A stretch of DNA of 64,000 bases. Source: Patescibacteria group bacterium. Its GTDB lineage: Bacteria; Patescibacteriota; Patescibacteriia; SG8-24; DYFX01. The stretch covers positions 604,129-668,128 of the forward strand of contig CP129476.1 of assembly GCA_030583805.1 (NCBI GenBank). The letters run 5' to 3'. Below, one piece after another: positions 38,999 to 48,633 of the stretch; the stretch's first letter is position 1, and the number at the start of each line of letters is the position of its first letter. The notes below the pieces were generated by a model that was given only the letters and a program-made list of their open reading frames with translations, ran no database searches and had not been told where the DNA came from. The position numbers were made by a program, and so were the translations under genes.

Positions 38999-39230
38999 AT
39001 GGCCGCATCGAGCCTCCCGGCTTGCCCTGCAGGTCGATGCAAAAACCGGCCGGGTCTTCGAAAAATCCTTCAGGGCAGTCGCAGGCATTGTCGCCAACGG
39101 CGCCTCCGGACTTCACGCAATTCTCTTCGTTCACGCCGGGCGTGGCGTCCTCGGGAATCACCGGTTCAGACGACGCGCATCCGGCACCCAGCAAGAGACC
39201 GACCGCCATGATCAAAAAAAGTTTTTTCAT
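38997..39230 (-). CDS. small Cys-rich lipoprotein
   Basis: MKKLFLIMAVGLLLGAGCASS lipobox. 77 aa with 6 further Cys. Confidence 0.5.
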   Translation of the reverse strand: MKKLFLIMAVGLLLGAGCASSEPVIPEDATPGVNEENCVKSGGAVGDNACDCPEGFFEDPAGFCIDLQGKPGGSMRP

Positions 39231-40427
39231 AGTGTTCCGCGATGACGCATCGCTTCGGATATTTTTTGAATCGCGCTGATGAACGCCGCGGTGCGGAGCG
39301 TGCCGCCGTACTTCCCCCGCGACTTCAGCACGTCATCCCACGCGCGCAGCATTTTCTCTTTCAGCTTGTCGTTCACGGCTTCTTCCGTCCACTCCTCGCG
39401 CGTCAGGTTCTGCACCCATTCGAAGCACGAGACGGTGACGCCGCCGGCGTTCGCCAGCACGTCCGGCACGACGGTGACGCCGCGACGCTCCAGGACCTCG
39501 TCGGCCTCCGGCGTCGTCGGCCCGTTGGCGAGTTCGAGCACGAGCTTGGCTTGCACGCGCTCCGCGACGTCGGCGGTGATTTGGTTCTCGAGCGCGGCGG
39601 GCACGAGCACGTCCCAATCGCACGTCAGCAATTCCTCCTGCGTCAGCGTCTTCGGTAATTCCTTGAACCGCGCGAGATCGATGCCGTTCGGATCATAGAC
39701 ACCGCCTTTGGAATCGGAAACGGCCACGACGCTCCATCCGGCTTCGGCCGCGAGCTTCGCGAACCAGAAACCGACATTGCCGAACCCCTGAATCGCGATG
39801 CGGCGCTGCGACGATCCGAGTCCTGCTGCAGCAGCAGCGGCATCGAGCAGGAAAAAACCTCCGCGCCCCGTCGCGGCCTCGCGGCCGAGCGAACCGCCGA
39901 GCGAGAGCGGTTTTCCCGTCACGACGCCGGGGGGCGGAACGACCGATCGTCTTTTCATATTCGTCGAGAAACCAAGCCATCTCGCGGCCGGACGTGTTCA
40001 TGTCCGGCGCGGGAATATCGAGATCGGGACCGACATGCGGCGCGAGCGCGCGGGCGAAAGCGCGGGTCAGGCGCTCGAGCTCCGCCGCCGAGAGCGCTTT
40101 CGGATCGACGACGATCCCGCCCTTGCCGCCGCCGAGCGGGACGCCGACCACAGCCGTTTTGACCGTCATCCAAAACGAAAGCGCTTTGACTTCATCAAGA
40201 TCGACGGCGGGCGCGTAACGGATGCCGCCCTTATACGGGCCGCGCGCGCGGTTCCATTGCACGCGATAGGCGGGAAACGTTTTCTTCTCGCCGGAATCCA
40301 TTTGCACCTCGAGTTCGAAATGCAAAACACGGTCGGGCGTTTTTAGTTTTTCAAGCACGGCCGCGTCGAGCCCCATCTTCGCGGCAGCCGTGTCGAGCTG
40401 CGCCATGGCATTCTGAAAGGCATTCAT
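39227..40427 (-). pseudogene. gdh: glutamate dehydrogenase (Glu/Leu/Phe/Val dehydrogenase family) interrupted by a +1 frameshift in a G6/C6 homopolymer
   Basis: N-terminal ORF has GGGKGG and ends ...[11 protein letters not shown], then runs into R-rich nonsense. Second ORF frame gives [24 protein letters not shown]...GFGNVG. The frames switch inside CCCCCC (plus-strand GGGGGG at 39928-39933). One fewer G would restore a continuous about 399-aa GDH. Confidence 0.7.
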
Positions 40428-40450
40428 ATGCCTCCATCCTACGCTTTCCG

Positions 40451-40482
40451 AAAAAAAGAAAAAGCCCCGCGAAGCGGAGCTA
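40451..40482 (-). repeat. copy 1 of a terminator-like hairpin repeat (AGAAAAAG-CCCCGCGArGCGGAG-CTA)
   Basis: Compare copies at 41161-41196 and 41471-41505. Each lies just downstream (minus strand) of a gene and is followed by a T-run. Confidence 0.45.
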
Positions 40483-41109
40483 CTTGACGAGAATGGCGAT
40501 GACCCCCGGCTCGGCGAGCACGGCGCCAACGGGCATGCAGCGCGAGAACCAGCGCAGGATCGGCTGGAAGCGCTTCAGCATCACGTCGTCATCGACGGCT
40601 GCGGCCATGATGGCCATGCCCTGGAGCTGGAGGTAGGCCAGCATCGGATCGGTGAGCACTTCCTTGCGCACGGGATCATCGTCCGACGGTTCGGGAAGGG
40701 CGGCGTCGAAGGCTTCGAGCAGCGCCTGGGACAGGCCGTCGGAAACGCGCCAGGCGCTCCAAGTCTCGAGATCCCGAAGGAGAAGATCGAGATCGATCAG
40801 GCTCCCGTCGAGCGAACCGAGCTCCGAGGCGACGCGCTCGGCATACGCCTCGTCGGCTTCGTCCGGCAAGCGCGCGAGGAGCGCTTCGAGCGACAGCGGG
40901 CGAACGGCGGTGACCGCGAAGCCGAACAGCGTTTCGAGGGCCACGCGGATTTCTTCGAGGTCGCCGTCGACGAGCGGACGGAACGTGTAGTCGCGATTCG
41001 CGAACGAGGTGAGAACGGGCAGCACGGCCTCGCGGGCCTCAATGCGGCGCCAGTCGTTCTTCACATGAGCGGACAAGAAGTCGAGGATCGGTTGCGGATC
41101 GAACGGCAT
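40480..41109 (-). CDS. hypothetical protein, 209 aa, acidic
   Basis: Ordinary ORF, no motif recognised. Confidence 0.5.
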   Translation of the reverse strand: MPFDPQPILDFLSAHVKNDWRRIEAREAVLPVLTSFANRDYTFRPLVDGDLEEIRVALETLFGFAVTAVRPLSLEALLARLPDEADEAYAERVASELGSLDGSLIDLDLLLRDLETWSAWRVSDGLSQALLEAFDAALPEPSDDDPVRKEVLTDPMLAYLQLQGMAIMAAAVDDDVMLKRFQPILRWFSRCMPVGAVLAEPGVIAILVK

Positions 41110-41160
41110 CGAATCTCCTTTGTTGAACGCGCTTCATTCCAACAGGAAACATCATGCGCG

Positions 41161-41196
41161 TCAAGACAAAAGAAAAAGCCCCGCGAGGCGGAGCTA
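41161..41196 (-). repeat. copy 2 of the hairpin repeat (TCAAGACAAAAGAAAAAG-CCCCGCGAGGCGGAG-CTA)
   Basis: Shares 18 of 18 nt of the TCAAGACAAAAGAAAAAG leader with copy 3. Stem is GC-rich. Confidence 0.45.
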
Positions 41197-41418
41197 GAGA
41201 ACGAAAATGTCTCGCTTGATGCACATGAGGCCCGTGAGGCCGACGAGTCCGCTGAGCAGCGCCGCGAAACACGCGCCGAGCGCGACGGCCTTGGAGGTCG
41301 TCGCGAAGGCGAGTGCAGCCGCGATGCAGCCGAAGAAGCCGCCGAGAACGAGCCCGCCCATGACCATGGCGATCATCACGAGAGCAAAGAGCTGAGCGAT
41401 CCACCTCAATACGTTCAT
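41194..41418 (-). CDS. small two-TM hydrophobic protein, 74 aa
   Basis: MNVLRWIAQLFALVMIAMVMGGLVLGGFFGCIAAALAF..., followed by repeat copy 2. Confidence 0.4.
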   Translation of the reverse strand: MNVLRWIAQLFALVMIAMVMGGLVLGGFFGCIAAALAFATTSKAVALGACFAALLSGLVGLTGLMCIKRDIFVL

Positions 41419-41470
41419 GATTCCCCCTGAAAAATGGATGGAGATGTTCTATCAGAAATGCGGCTGTCGG

Positions 41471-41505
41471 TCAAGACAAAAGAAAAAGTCTCGCGGAGGC
41501 GAGAC
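41471..41505 (-). repeat. copy 3 of the hairpin repeat, stem changed to GTCTCGC/GCGAGAC with compensatory substitutions
   Basis: TCAAGACAAAAGAAAAAG-TCTCGCGGAGGCGAGAC. Stem sequence differs from copy 2 but pairing is preserved. Confidence 0.45.
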
Positions 41506-41521
41506 AGCTTGCCGTCGTGCT

Positions 41522-41710
41522 TCATGAGCGAGGCTTGCCGAGATCGATCGCGCGATCCACGGTGATGACGCCGACGATGACACTGCCGACGAACCCGGCG
41601 AGGACGTCGAGACCGTCGCGACGGCCCGTGTGGCCGGTCATGTAGAGCAGGATGACGGCAAGGGCCGACAGGAACGCCAGGACAGCAACGAACGAGAGAA
41701 CGACGCGCAT
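41522..41710 (-). CDS. small two-TM hydrophobic protein, 62 aa
   Basis: MRVVLSFVAVLAFLSALAVILLYMTGH...VLAGFVGSVIVGVITV, followed by repeat copy 3. Confidence 0.35.
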   Translation of the reverse strand: MRVVLSFVAVLAFLSALAVILLYMTGHTGRRDGLDVLAGFVGSVIVGVITVDRAIDLGKPRS

Positions 41711-41782
41711 GCTTCCTCCAAAGGTGGGCGGTTGGCAACTTCATATACGTAAAACGCCTCCCTGTCAAGGGGAGGCGTATCC

Positions 41783-42736
41783 TTATTTGCCGTTGTTCTC
41801 GGAAGCGCCGAAGCCTCGATGCGTGAGCAGTCGTTCCGCTTCGAGCGCGGCCATGCAGCCGGTGCCGGCGGCGGTGACGGCTTGGCGGTATTTCTTGTCC
41901 ATGACGTCGCCGCAAGCGAAGACGCCTTCGATTTTCGTTTTGACGTCGCCCGGGCCCGTCGTCACGAGATAGCCGAGCTGATCGAGATCGAGCTGGCCTT
42001 TGAACAAGTCGGTGTTCGGCACGTGGCCGATCGCGGCGAAGAGGCCGTCGATCTTCATTTCGGATTCCTCGTTCGTGGCGACATTCTTGATTTTGATGCC
42101 GGTCACGTGTCCAGCGTCGACGCCGAGTACTTCGGTGACGACGACGTTTTCCATGAACGCGATCTTCGGGTTGTTCTTGGCACGATCGAGCAGCGGTTTC
42201 GAAGCCTTGAATTTGTCGGAGCGGTTCAGGATCGTGACCTTGTTCGCGAACTTGGTGAGGAACGTCGCCTCTTCCATCGCGGAGTCTCCCCCGCCGACGA
42301 CCACGACGTCTTTTCCTCTGAAGAAGAAGCCGTCGCACGTGGCGCAGGCGGAAACGCCCTTGCCGAAGAGCGCCGTTTCCGAAGCGAGGCCGAGGCGGCG
42401 CGCCGAAGCGCCCGTGGCGATAATGGCCGTTTCCGCTTCGTAGGATTGCTTGTTGGTCGTGATCTTGAGCGGTTTCGAGGAGAAGTCGACGGACGTGACG
42501 GTTTCATCCGAGACGCGCGTGCCGAATTTTTCGGCTTGCGCCTTGAGCTTGATCATCAAATCCGGACCCATGACGCCGTCTTCGGCGCCCGGCCAGTTTT
42601 CGACCTCCGTCGTGGTGGTGAGCTGTCCGCCGGGTTGCGGTCCGGCGAAAAGCAGCGGCTTGAGATCGGCGCGTCCGGCGTAGATGCCGGCGGTGTAACC
42701 GGCCGGACCGGCGCCGATGATAACAAGGCGTTCCAT
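41783..42736 (-). CDS. trxB: thioredoxin-disulfide reductase
   Basis: GAGPAGYTAG FAD motif, CATCDG redox-active site, VVGGGDSAMEEA NADPH motif. Confidence 0.9.
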   Translation of the reverse strand: MERLVIIGAGPAGYTAGIYAGRADLKPLLFAGPQPGGQLTTTTEVENWPGAEDGVMGPDLMIKLKAQAEKFGTRVSDETVTSVDFSSKPLKITTNKQSYEAETAIIATGASARRLGLASETALFGKGVSACATCDGFFFRGKDVVVVGGGDSAMEEATFLTKFANKVTILNRSDKFKASKPLLDRAKNNPKIAFMENVVVTEVLGVDAGHVTGIKIKNVATNEESEMKIDGLFAAIGHVPNTDLFKGQLDLDQLGYLVTTGPGDVKTKIEGVFACGDVMDKKYRQAVTAAGTGCMAALEAERLLTHRGFGASENNGK

Positions 42737-42744
42737 GTGTGGAA

Positions 42745-43065
42745 TTACATCCGCGCCGTCAGTTTCTCAATCAGCGCGTCTTTGGCCGTGACACCGACCA
42801 TCTGATCGACCGGTTCGCCACCCTTGAAGATCATGAGCGTCGGAATGCTCATGATGCCGTACTTGGGCGCGATGTCCGTGCTCTCGTCGACGTTCATCTT
42901 GGCGACTTTGACCGGCTTGCCTTCCATTTCTTTGGCAACTTCTTCGACGATCGGGCCCATGATCTTGCACGGACCGCACCAGGGCGCCCAGAAATCGACG
43001 AGCACCGGCACGTCGGATCGCAGGACTTCCGCTTCGAAATTCTGATCGTTCAAAATGACTTCCAT
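42745..43065 (-). CDS. trxA: thioredoxin
   Basis: 106 aa, WAPWCGPCK. Confidence 0.9.
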   Translation of the reverse strand: MEVILNDQNFEAEVLRSDVPVLVDFWAPWCGPCKIMGPIVEEVAKEMEGKPVKVAKMNVDESTDIAPKYGIMSIPTLMIFKGGEPVDQMVGVTAKDALIEKLTARM

Positions 43066-43203
43066 AAAAATTGAGGGTAGGAATAGGCGGGATTCGCGCC
43101 GTTCCGGAGCCGGACGCGCCGCCAGGCGGTCGGACTCGTACTCGCGCGAAGCGTTTCCACTGTAGACGAAAGCGGCTCACCTGTGAAGGCAAGCCGCTTT
43201 GTC

Positions 43204-45222
43204 TTAGAACCCGAGTTGTTTCTCGCGCTTCTCTTCAGAAAAGACTTCGAGCACGTCGCCGAGGGCGATCGTTTGGCCCTTGCCTTCGAAGCGGATACCG
43301 CACTCTTGGCCGCCGAAGACTTCTTTGACCGACTGCTTCTGGCTCTGGAGGTCGGAGATTTTTCCGGACGCGATCGGTTCGCCGGCGCGGAAGACCTGCG
43401 CCATGGCGCCGCGTTCGATCTTGCCGTCGGTGACGATGCCGCCGACGATCTGGCCGTCCTTGCCGCTCTTGAAGACGCCGCGGATCTCGAGCTTGCCGAG
43501 ATCGGTGCGGATGACTTCAGCCTTCAGATTCTTCTTCAGCTCTTCTTTGACGTCGTTCAGCAGGTCGTAAATGACTTTGTACTGGCGAATCGGAATATCT
43601 TTGGTGTTGGCGAGGCTTGCGGCCGACGTCGTCGGCGCGACGTGGAAACCGAGCAGCATGGCGCCGGTGGCTTCCGCGCTCAGGACGTCGGCGTCAGTGA
43701 TGTTGCCGAGGCCTTTGCCGACGACCTTCACGCCGACTTCGGGATGCGTCATGCGTTCGAGCGAACCCATGATCGCTTCGAGCGAGCCGAGCACGTCGGC
43801 GCGGATGATGACGTTCGTCCACTGCTTGTCGGCGCTTCCCTCTTCGGACGACGACGATTGCGACGAGGTCGAGACGGTCGACTGCGTGGTGCTCTGGGCG
43901 TGCTTGACCGCTTTCCAATCTTTCAAATCCTTGGCGCGTTCCGGCACTTCCAAGACGTCGCCGACCGTCGGCGCGAGCTTGAAGCCGAGAATCTTGACCG
44001 GCATGCCCGGCGGCGCTTCGTCGACATTCTCGCCGGTGAAATCTTTCATGGCGCGCACGCGGCCGTAATTCACGCCGCCGATGCCGGCGACGTCGTTCTT
44101 CTTCAACGTGCCGCCCTGGATCAAGACCGTCGCGACAGGGCCTTCGCCCTTGTCGACGTGCGACTCGATGATCGTGCCGATGGCGCGGCGTTCGGGGTTC
44201 GCGCGGATCTTGTCCTTTTCCAAATCAGCCACGAGCAAAATCGTCTCGAGGAGGTTGTCGATGCCTTGTTTGGACTTTGCGGAAATCGGGACCATGACGG
44301 TCTTGCCGCCCCAGTCCTCCGGCACCATGCCGAGATCGGAGAGCTGGCGCTTGACCTGGTCCGGGTTGGCGTCGGCTTTGTCCATCTTGTTGATGGCGAC
44401 GACGTACGGCAATTTCGCCGCTTCGATGATGCGGACGACTTCGACGGTCTGCGGCTGGACGCCGTCGTCGGCGGCCACGACCAAAATCGCGACGTCGGCC
44501 ACGCGGGCGCCGCGCGAGCGCATCATGGTGAAGGCTTCGTGGCCCGGCGTGTCGATGAAGGTGATCTTGCGGCCGTTCTTTTCCGCCTGGTAAGCGCCGA
44601 TGTGCTGGGTGATGCCGCCGGACTCGTCCTTGGCGACGGCCGAAGTGCGGATCGTGTCGAGCAGCGTCGTCTTGCCGTGGTCGACGTGGCCCATGACGAC
44701 GACGACCGGAGGGCGCGGCTTCAAATTGCCGTCGTCTTCATTCAGCACGGACTCCTTGAGCGTCTCGAGCGCGTTCGTGACCGTCTCTTCTTTTTGCGTT
44801 TCGGATTCCTTTACGGCCTGATAGCCCAAATCCTCCGCCGTCACGGCGGCGGTGTCGAAGTCGATACGCTCGTTGATGGACGCCAGGATGCCGCCCTTCA
44901 TGAGCTCGCGGATGACGTCGGTAGCGGGGCGCTGGAGCTTGTCGGCCAGCTCGCGGATCGTGATGGACGGCGGCAGCGAGATCTTGCGATCCGCCGTGAC
45001 TTCACCGGCCTGAATCTTGCGGCGCAGCTCCATCTTGGCCTTCTCGTCGGAGAGCTGTTTTTGGCGCCAAGCGAACTCCTGCCAGCGGCGGATGATGCGC
45101 TCGCCCTCGCGCTGGTCGACCTTAATAGCCTTGCGGCCGATGTCGAAGCCGAGCACAGGGAGCTTTTGGCGGAGTTCTTCGGGGGTGACGCGCAAGCGGC
45201 GCGCAAGTTCGGTGATGTTCAT
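43204..45222 (-). CDS. infB: translation initiation factor IF-2
   Basis: 672 aa, [25 protein letters not shown]-terminal beta-barrel domains. Confidence 0.95.
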   Translation of the reverse strand: MNITELARRLRVTPEELRQKLPVLGFDIGRKAIKVDQREGERIIRRWQEFAWRQKQLSDEKAKMELRRKIQAGEVTADRKISLPPSITIRELADKLQRPATDVIRELMKGGILASINERIDFDTAAVTAEDLGYQAVKESETQKEETVTNALETLKESVLNEDDGNLKPRPPVVVVMGHVDHGKTTLLDTIRTSAVAKDESGGITQHIGAYQAEKNGRKITFIDTPGHEAFTMMRSRGARVADVAILVVAADDGVQPQTVEVVRIIEAAKLPYVVAINKMDKADANPDQVKRQLSDLGMVPEDWGGKTVMVPISAKSKQGIDNLLETILLVADLEKDKIRANPERRAIGTIIESHVDKGEGPVATVLIQGGTLKKNDVAGIGGVNYGRVRAMKDFTGENVDEAPPGMPVKILGFKLAPTVGDVLEVPERAKDLKDWKAVKHAQSTTQSTVSTSSQSSSSEEGSADKQWTNVIIRADVLGSLEAIMGSLERMTHPEVGVKVVGKGLGNITDADVLSAEATGAMLLGFHVAPTTSAASLANTKDIPIRQYKVIYDLLNDVKEELKKNLKAEVIRTDLGKLEIRGVFKSGKDGQIVGGIVTDGKIERGAMAQVFRAGEPIASGKISDLQSQKQSVKEVFGGQECGIRFEGKGQTIALGDVLEVFSEEKREKQLGF

Positions 45223-45288
45223 GGTAGGGGCAGCGTACGCTTAAAACATCGGCCTGTCAATAAAAATGCCCCGATCTGCATCGGGGCG

Positions 45289-46524
45289 TCAGTGTTCGGT
45301 CGGCGGATCGTTCTCGGCGAGCAGCTCGGCGACGGCGTGCTTGGCCGTCCGTTCGGTCTCCTCGCGCTCCATTCGTGCGAACTCGGCCTCGAGGTCGACG
45401 CCCCTTTCGACGGCGTCGCCTTCGATAAAGTCCATGTCTTTCTCGAATTGTTCGGGCAGCTCGGCCTGAGGGAGCTCGCCGCCGGGGATCGGGAACCAGT
45501 GCAGTCTCGGCGCGTTCGTCCGGCGGTCGCCGAAGATATCGCGCGCCATGAGCGCGGCATTGTGTTCCGCAAGCACCCGGGTCGTGCTGAGCCGGCTTTG
45601 CGCGTCTGCCAGCAGGCTCTGAATGCGCAGGATCCGCGTGCGGTATCCGATAAGCATCCCGCCCATGCGGCTCGCAATGATCCGCTCTTCGAGATCCGAC
45701 GTCTCGTCTTTCGCAACGCCGTTTACGGCCACGGCCCTGGCATTGTAGCCCTGCATGATGTGCACGAGCCGCCAACAACTGAGCATCCAGACGTTCTGGA
45801 ACTCGGCAATCTGCGGAAGCGCGTCCGACCTGGCGCCGGAGCGCTTGGAGGCGACCGTCCAGGTTTGGTTCAAGTTAGCGATGTACTGAAGGAGCTGCTG
45901 CGTCGCCTCGTTGTTCGCGGTAACGACGCGCATCGTCGCGATGTCGCGACGACCCTTTCGGCGCACGCGGCGCGTGTCACGCACGCGTCTGACCACGGCC
46001 GTCGCGAGTCCAAGCAGGACGCCGAGGGCCGGGTGACCGGCCGCAGCGATCGCGGCGCCTGCGGTCGCGGCCGCGGCAAGATCAGGCGCATGCGCTTTCG
46101 CGCCGTGGCGCATGGCGTTGTGAATGAAAGCGGAAACAACGTTGCTCTTCCGCTCCTTCAGGATACCTTCGAGCGTTTCGAAGGGCACGAGGAGCAGGTC
46201 ATCGATCTCGAGCTGGGCGATGTCGCCGTTGCAGTCGATCGCTTCTTGCTTCCGTGCAACCCTCTCCTGACGCTGCGCTTCGAACGCTTCGGGATCGTGC
46301 AGCCAGAGCGGGCCGGGACGCTGATAACGCGGCCTCGGAACTTTTTCCTCTTCCTCAGCCTCGTCGTCCCCCTCTTCATCATCGATCGTCTCGATCGGTA
46401 TGCCCGACACGTTGCCGGCCGCGTCCGTCACCACGACGGTGACTTCCGCTTCGTCTTCGGCACCATCAGACGGCGCCACGTTCCCCTCGTTGAGGGGCTT
46501 TTCTTCATCCCCTTGGGAACCCAT
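45289..46524 (-). CDS. hypothetical protein with acidic N-terminus, 411 aa
   Basis: N-terminal 60 aa D/E-rich, remainder of ordinary composition. No recognised motif. Divergent from truB. Confidence 0.5.
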   Translation of the reverse strand: MGSQGDEEKPLNEGNVAPSDGAEDEAEVTVVVTDAAGNVSGIPIETIDDEEGDDEAEEEEKVPRPRYQRPGPLWLHDPEAFEAQRQERVARKQEAIDCNGDIAQLEIDDLLLVPFETLEGILKERKSNVVSAFIHNAMRHGAKAHAPDLAAAATAGAAIAAAGHPALGVLLGLATAVVRRVRDTRRVRRKGRRDIATMRVVTANNEATQQLLQYIANLNQTWTVASKRSGARSDALPQIAEFQNVWMLSCWRLVHIMQGYNARAVAVNGVAKDETSDLEERIIASRMGGMLIGYRTRILRIQSLLADAQSRLSTTRVLAEHNAALMARDIFGDRRTNAPRLHWFPIPGGELPQAELPEQFEKDMDFIEGDAVERGVDLEAEFARMEREETERTAKHAVAELLAENDPPTEH

Positions 46525-46598
46525 GGTCGTCCTCCTTGGTTGTCGGAAGCGCCTTTTCAGGCTAGGCTCACCGTAGCATTTCTCGCCAACGTGTCAAT

Positions 46599-47273
46599 AT
46601 GGAAGCCATCTCCTCTCCTTCAGGATTTCTCCTGATCGACAAACCCGTCGGACCAACCTCGCACGATATCGTCGATATCGCGCGCCGGGCTTTGCGTACG
46701 CGGAAAGTCGGGCACGCCGGCACGCTCGATCCGTTCGCGTCGGGGCTCTTGATCCTCGCGGTCGGCTCCAAAACGAAAGAGCTTTCGAAATTCGTCGGTC
46801 TCGATAAGGCGTATGAAGCGACCGTTCGTTTCGGCGCGACCAGCGACACGATGGACCGCACCGGCAAGATCGAGCAAAAAGACTGTTCGCCGGTTTCCCA
46901 GGCGGAACTTGAAACTGCCTTGGAAAAATTCCGCGGCGAGATCGATCAGACGCCTCCGATGTATTCGGCGAAGAAAATTGGCGGCAAGAAACTCTATGAA
47001 CTCGCGCGTGAAGGAAAAGAGATCGAACGGAAACCCGTGCGCGTGACGATTCACGAATTGGAACTCGTTTCGTTCGCTTGGCCGACGGCCGTCATCCGCA
47101 CGCGCGTTTCTTCCGGCACCTACATCCGCGCACTCGCCGATGACATCGGAAAAGCTCTAGGATGCGGCGCGTATCTTGAAGAGCTGCGGCGCACGAGGAT
47201 TGGAACCTACGCGGTTGAGGAAGCGGTGAAACCCGAAGCCATTGACGCGATGCGTCTCACAAGCTTAGAGTAG
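46599..47273 (+). CDS. truB: tRNA pseudouridine(55) synthase
   Basis: GFLLIDKPVGPTSHDIV...GHAGTLDPFASGLLIL. Confidence 0.9.
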   Translation: MEAISSPSGFLLIDKPVGPTSHDIVDIARRALRTRKVGHAGTLDPFASGLLILAVGSKTKELSKFVGLDKAYEATVRFGATSDTMDRTGKIEQKDCSPVSQAELETALEKFRGEIDQTPPMYSAKKIGGKKLYELAREGKEIERKPVRVTIHELELVSFAWPTAVIRTRVSSGTYIRALADDIGKALGCGAYLEELRRTRIGTYAVEEAVKPEAIDAMRLTSLE

Positions 47274-47297
47274 GCGCACCGCGAGGAGGAATCGCAC

Positions 47298-47678
47298 ATG
47301 AGACAAACATCCGACGCGCAAAAACGCCAAGCGCGCGCCAAGAAGATGCTGTCCGCGAAGTCGGCTGCCACGCAGCGTGAGATTGACGCGGCTGATCTGC
47401 GCCGGAAAGTCGCGGAAGCAACGCCTGCAGCCCGAAAGGCCTATCAGCGCTGGTTGAAAGCCGCGCTGCAGGAGCAACGGCGCACAAAGAAGCGAGCGCT
47501 GCTTATCGCTTCCGAGATCGTGACATTCGAGAAAGTGCCTGCGTGGTGTTGGGAAGCGGCCGCGTTGCTCCAGCATGCAACGCACGGAAACTGTTCCGTG
47601 AGTGTCGAGGTCGTAGAGTCGGAGCATTCGAACATACTCTATGTCCATCTTGATGGCCGCGTCCGCGCCGCGGCCTGA
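47298..47678 (+). CDS. hypothetical protein, 126 aa, basic
   Basis: ORF with ATG start just downstream of truB. Confidence 0.45.
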   Translation: MRQTSDAQKRQARAKKMLSAKSAATQREIDAADLRRKVAEATPAARKAYQRWLKAALQEQRRTKKRALLIASEIVTFEKVPAWCWEAAALLQHATHGNCSVSVEVVESEHSNILYVHLDGRVRAAA

Positions 47679-47709
47679 TCACGCCGTCACCGCTTTGATC
47701 GATGAGGCC

Positions 47710-47738
47710 CGTGAACATCGGGTCTTTTTTTATTGACG
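47710..47738 (+). terminator. hairpin GGCCCG-tgaacat-CGGGTC followed by T7
   Basis: After the 47678 stop. Confidence 0.5.
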
Positions 47739-47766
47739 CGCTGGCCTCGCGCTGCTACGGTCTGGC
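47738..47766 (+). promoter_or_regulatory. sigma70-like promoter TTGACG-N17-TACGGT
   Basis: Precedes AAGGAG RBS and GTG start at 47790. Confidence 0.35.
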
Positions 47767-47789
47767 CAACGCCAAACAAGGAGTTATCC

Positions 47790-48152
47790 GTGAAGAAGCC
47801 GCCGTTTACCGCAAGGGAGCTGATCGAGCGCAAGAAGACTGCGGCCGAAAAGCTGCGGCGAGAGACCGAGGAGGCCCTGGGCGCAGCGAAGCCTCGGGTG
47901 CGCAGCGAGTACCAGCGCTGCACCAAGAAGATCAAGGCCGTGCCGAAACACCCCTTGAACACGCATGGCGTGTCCTGCGAGACCGTGATCTACAAGTCGC
48001 TGAACGGACGTCTCACGCGCACGGAGATCACGCTCATCCACGACCTGCTCCAGAAGCAGGGCTGGGACGTGCGCCTCGCGACGACGCTCGACAAGAAGAA
48101 GGGGCCGAAGCCGATCGAGCTGATCTACCACCATCATCATGGCCGCGCATGA
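47790..48152 (+). CDS. hypothetical protein with His-rich C-terminus (HHHHG), GTG start
   Basis: AAGGAG 7 nt upstream of GTG 47790, then VKKPPFTARELIERKK.... Its own promoter and terminator. Confidence 0.5.
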   Translation: MKKPPFTARELIERKKTAAEKLRRETEEALGAAKPRVRSEYQRCTKKIKAVPKHPLNTHGVSCETVIYKSLNGRLTRTEITLIHDLLQKQGWDVRLATTLDKKKGPKPIELIYHHHHGRA

Positions 48153-48178
48153 CCCGTCCTCGCACGGGTCTTTTTCTT
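48152..48178 (+). terminator. hairpin GACCCGT-cctcgc-ACGGGTC followed by TTTTTCTT
   Basis: Read from the sequence. Confidence 0.5.
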
Positions 48179-48200
48179 GACCTGTTCGCCAGGACGTGCT
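48172..48200 (+). promoter_or_regulatory. sigma70-like promoter TTGACC-N17-TATCTT
   Basis: Precedes AAAGGAG RBS and ATG 48235. Confidence 0.4.
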
Positions 48201-48234
48201 ATCTTCGGCAGTCCGTAACCCGAAAGGAGCTTCG

Positions 48235-48633
48235 ATGCAAGGTTCAGATCTCACGTTCGCCCGTTCCACGCTCAGCAACATCCACAGAGCCAGCAAGTCG
48301 ACCCGCGAGAAGCGTGCCGAGCTGGTCCGGCACCAACTCGTGCCGCTCCGCGCCAAGGTGGAGGCCCGCCTCCGCGAGTCCGAGAACGCGTTCGCGATCC
48401 CCTACCTCGACGAGGTCTTCGACGGGCTGCGCGATGCCGTCGTCGACGGCAAGGACGCCCGGATCGCGCTCGTCGACGTGCTCGAGCACGACATCAGCCA
48501 GGAGGAGGCCGACCGCGTTTCGGACGCGATCGTGAACGGCTTGTCGGCGATCGAATGCGCCGCCTCCGCTCACTGGGCGCGCGAGCCCGGCGGACGCGCG
48601 CCGCGCACCAAGATGCTCGTCATCGCGCTGTGA
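48235..48633 (+). CDS. hypothetical protein, 132 aa
   Basis: AAAGGAG-n6-ATG, then MQGSDLTFARSTLSNIHRASKS.... The upstream track extension lacks an RBS. Confidence 0.5.
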   Translation: MQGSDLTFARSTLSNIHRASKSTREKRAELVRHQLVPLRAKVEARLRESENAFAIPYLDEVFDGLRDAVVDGKDARIALVDVLEHDISQEEADRVSDAIVNGLSAIECAASAHWAREPGGRAPRTKMLVIAL

